Shown here: piece after piece, positions 29,570-32,000 of the stretch
Position numbering within the stretch: the stretch's first letter is position 1
Layout: each line of letters begins with the position of its first letter
Source: Thalassolituus maritimus
GTDB taxonomy: Bacteria > Pseudomonadota > Gammaproteobacteria > Pseudomonadales > Oceanobacteraceae
Strand: one strand, 5' to 3'
DNA: 32,000 nt
Assembly: GCF_040372045.1 (NCBI RefSeq)
Contig: NZ_BAABWH010000002.1
Position numbers and translations under genes: made by a program
Notes under the pieces: model-generated
Told to the model about the DNA's origin: nothing
Databases searched by the model: none
What the model saw: only the letters and a program-made list of their open reading frames with translations

Positions 29570-30505
29570 ATGAAAACAAGAATATTCGCTCTAACCCCGC
29601 TCGTTATCGCTCTGTTTGGCTGTGGAGCCGACGAGAACAGTAACAACCAGAACGAAGGCATGCTCACTTTGAATGAGCTCGAAGCAGCACTTCCCATATC
29701 GGCACAGAGTACAAACAGCAACGGCCTCACAGGACTCTGGCTTATGCAGTTTACGTCACAGCTTGCAGTCGACAACGCAACGGAAAATGACGAAACAGCA
29801 CAACTTCATTACCTCCACGGACGGCAGGTTACGCTCATCACTGAAACTGATGACGGTTTTACAACCAGTTTCTGTGGAAGCTCTGCATTTCATGGAGATA
29901 TCAATTTTTCAAAGACAACAGAGGCGGAAGAGTCAACCTATTCTGCAGGTGTTGTCTCGGATACAACGCACTTCAACCTCAACATCAGTGACAACCTTGA
30001 AATGGAAGGTGACCTGATGATTCCGCTAGAGAACAACGTTGTTGGAACCTATCATCTTCTTGGCCTTAAGCTCAGCGACTCCACAACATTTGCTGGTGCG
30101 AGTAACGAATTGGATATCGACGCTAGCCTTACACTGGACGGTGAGCAGTACGAATTCTCAGAGCTTGGGCAAACTCTGACTTGTATCGGTGATAGTACTG
30201 GCACGGCAACAGACTTCCCGTCTGACACACAAACTCCTGCAAGTTACTCAGGGCTCAGCACAACAGGGGGAGCTACCATCGCAGTCAGCTTTGCTCTGGG
30301 CGAGCTTGAATGCCCATTAGGTACAGATGATAGTGGTGATGATGTAACAGCTATTGCATGTGATGGTATAAGCACATCGGAGATTCAAGGCACTCCGTTC
30401 GATGATGAGGATACAATACTCAACACAGGTTTCCGTGTTCTACCGAGCGAAAGCCCTGAACAAATATTTGAATTTAGCGCCACCATCAGTGCCCCTGAAG
30501 CCTGA
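29570..30505 (+). CDS. Lipoprotein of unknown function
   Basis: MKTRIFALTPLVIALFGC lipobox, D/E/T-rich low-hydrophobicity body. Start trimmed from the track start at 29528. Confidence 0.7.
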   Translation: MKTRIFALTPLVIALFGCGADENSNNQNEGMLTLNELEAALPISAQSTNSNGLTGLWLMQFTSQLAVDNATENDETAQLHYLHGRQVTLITETDDGFTTSFCGSSAFHGDINFSKTTEAEESTYSAGVVSDTTHFNLNISDNLEMEGDLMIPLENNVVGTYHLLGLKLSDSTTFAGASNELDIDASLTLDGEQYEFSELGQTLTCIGDSTGTATDFPSDTQTPASYSGLSTTGGATIAVSFALGELECPLGTDDSGDDVTAIACDGISTSEIQGTPFDDEDTILNTGFRVLPSESPEQIFEFSATISAPEA

Positions 30506-30528
30506 TCCACGCGCTTAACGAGAAATAG

Positions 30529-30555
30529 AAAAGGCCAGCAATTGCTGGCCTTTTT
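30529..30555. terminator. Rho-independent terminator between convergent genes
   Basis: AAAAGGCCAGC-AATT-GCTGGCCTTTTT. Confidence 0.88.
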
Positions 30556-30581
30556 CTTTACTGCTTTGTGCGAACCTTAAC

Positions 30582-31520
30582 TTACTGATTCAACAGCAGG
30601 ATAAAGTCCTTCAGGTCCTGAGCGGTTTCTTTCGGCGCTTCAAGCTGTGGCAAGTGACCAATACCTTCCATCTTGATGGTTGTCACGTTCTGCATCAACT
30701 GCTCGAGTACGTCAGTCGCACCATGGTGCAGAACACGATCTTCCAGGCCCCATACGAGCAGGGTCGGCGTTTCCATACCTGTTACCCGTTCTTCTACGCT
30801 ATCTGCCTTAATCTGCGCGAAGATGTTCTGCTCGAGGTCAAAGTTAGCAATGCGCTTTTGAGCCATCTGATCAAGTACGAAGCCCGGTACGAAAGGCGGC
30901 TCGCTCATCACCATGTCGAACACATCGCGGAACTCGCTTTCTGTTTTCGCCGTCAGTGGGTTCACGCCTGTCTCCGCAATGATTTCCATCATTTCAGACT
31001 CAGGAGCAGACCAGACACCGCCCGGATCGAGCAACCACAGGCTTTTCACTTCCGCTGGGTAAAGAGCAGCGTAGGTCATGGCGATGTGCCCACCCATAGA
31101 GCTCCCGCCCATGTGAATTTTTCGCTCAAGGTTCAGTTCGGTGAACAGCGCATGTAAGCGCTTAGCCTGAGCAGTCGGCGAATAATCGGCTGTTTTCGGC
31201 TTAGAAGACTCACCAAAGCCAATATGATCAGGAATGATCAGGTGGAAATCTTTCAGGTAAGGAGCAGACTCAGTGAAGTTATCTTTATCCGCACCAAAGC
31301 CATGCAAGAGCACCAGCGTCTCAGCGTCGGTGTTATCTGACTCCAGATATACGTATTTCAGACCACTCGGCAGAACAATCTCTTTTTCTTCGAGGTTACC
31401 CAGGCAACGTTTTACATCGACCAGAAACTCAGCAGTTTTTGCCGGAATGAAAAGTACGGCGCTCATGATGCCGAGGACAGCCACCAGAACGACTGCGGCA
31501 GCGATTTTGACCAATTTCAT
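30582..31520 (-). CDS. Alpha/beta-fold hydrolase with N-terminal signal anchor
   Basis: MKLVKIAAAVVLVAVLGIMSAVLFI, LVLLHGFGADKDNF (oxyanion loop), IHMGGSSMGGHIAM nucleophile elbow, PTLLVWGLEDRV, EGIGHLPQLEAP (catalytic His). Confidence 0.9.
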   Translation of the reverse strand: MKLVKIAAAVVLVAVLGIMSAVLFIPAKTAEFLVDVKRCLGNLEEKEIVLPSGLKYVYLESDNTDAETLVLLHGFGADKDNFTESAPYLKDFHLIIPDHIGFGESSKPKTADYSPTAQAKRLHALFTELNLERKIHMGGSSMGGHIAMTYAALYPAEVKSLWLLDPGGVWSAPESEMMEIIAETGVNPLTAKTESEFRDVFDMVMSEPPFVPGFVLDQMAQKRIANFDLEQNIFAQIKADSVEERVTGMETPTLLVWGLEDRVLHHGATDVLEQLMQNVTTIKMEGIGHLPQLEAPKETAQDLKDFILLLNQ

Positions 31521-31841
31521 GCTTACTCCTTTGAATGGGGTCTGTTAAGAACATGCCGGCACAATCATAGGCCTTTGATTACCACGATCCCATATCTTTT
31601 CCGGACAGATTTACCCACACCCAAAAGAACGAGAGGCGCTATCGGAGCGCTACCATCGGCAGGTGTGTTGCAGGCCAGTCGGTTTGTCTGTGACAAATTT
31701 GACAGAAACAGCGGAGTTTAAAGCGAGTTCTGTGACCCCCTGCTCAAATTAATATATTTGTCATTAAGCACCCATTTTCTTTCAGAGGTAGCTTGATATG
31801 GTAATCAGCCATTCAGCGAATTCTTCAGAAAAGGAGTTGTT

Positions 31842-32000
31842 ATGAAAGCCAGACGCTCTGTCTTATCTTCGCTTGTTCTGTCGCTTACCGTCGGCCTGGC
31901 AGGTTGTATGAGTGACAATACGAACGCCGAACATACCCACGAGAATACCTCTCCGGCGGGAGTCTGGTTCATCAGTAGCATCATCTCAGACACAACAAAC
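31842..32000 (+). CDS. Lipoprotein, partial (3' end outside the window)
   Basis: AAGGAG ribosome-binding site then MKARRSVLSSLVLSLTVGLAGCMSDNTNAEHTHENTSPAGVWFISSIISDTTN; lipobox LAGC. Confidence 0.75.
   Translation, partial: MKARRSVLSSLVLSLTVGLAGCMSDNTNAEHTHENTSPAGVWFISSIISDTTN

Noticed and set aside
11573-30540. Shared TAACGAGAAA string just before two terminators (about 11581 and 30517)
   Set aside because: Only two occurrences noticed, short and A-rich; likely chance. I cannot evaluate genome-wide frequency.
1-32000. Search for a defence island, prophage, toxin-antitoxin pair, retron, DGR, transposase, or CRISPR repeats
   Set aside because: No reverse transcriptase, transposase, integrase, Cas, restriction-modification or phage structural motifs were seen in the translations, and no spaced direct-repeat arrays were seen. 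The window is mainly core chromosome.

Overview
This is a chromosomal window from a gammaproteobacterium; gene content and order look like an Oceanospirillales/Pseudomonas-type marine bacterium. Almost all of it is dense, recognisable coding sequence. In order: 5' part of engB/yihA (-), cytochrome c5-like (+), dsbA (+), EEP-family nuclease/phosphatase (+), I-site-containing GGDEF diguanylate cyclase (+), glmS (+), exported DUF11-like protein (+), a gutted aldehyde dehydrogenase remnant (+), fumC with a strong Fur-box-like sequence (-), large lipoprotein (+), rep helicase (-), degenerate-GGDEF/EAL protein (+), a 48-aa putative membrane microprotein (-), four-repeat DUF4397 lipoprotein (-), comM/yifB (-), subtilisin-like S8 peptidase lipoprotein (+), a tightly packed hldE-hldD-lpxL/htrB-SDR unit (-) divergent from waaA (+), membrane hypothetical (+), speE (-), small lipoprotein (+), alpha/beta hydrolase (-), and the start of another lipoprotein (+). 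I found no CRISPR array, transposon, prophage, tRNA/rRNA, retron/DGR or defence island, and no convincing evidence of a novel multi-gene system. The most useful second looks are the ALDH pseudogene with an internal deletion plus frame change, the Fur box upstream of fumC, the peptidase with two possible starts and two lipobox-like segments, the four-repeat DUF4397 protein, the unannotated 48-aa ORF, and the SDR gene embedded in the heptose/lipid A operon.
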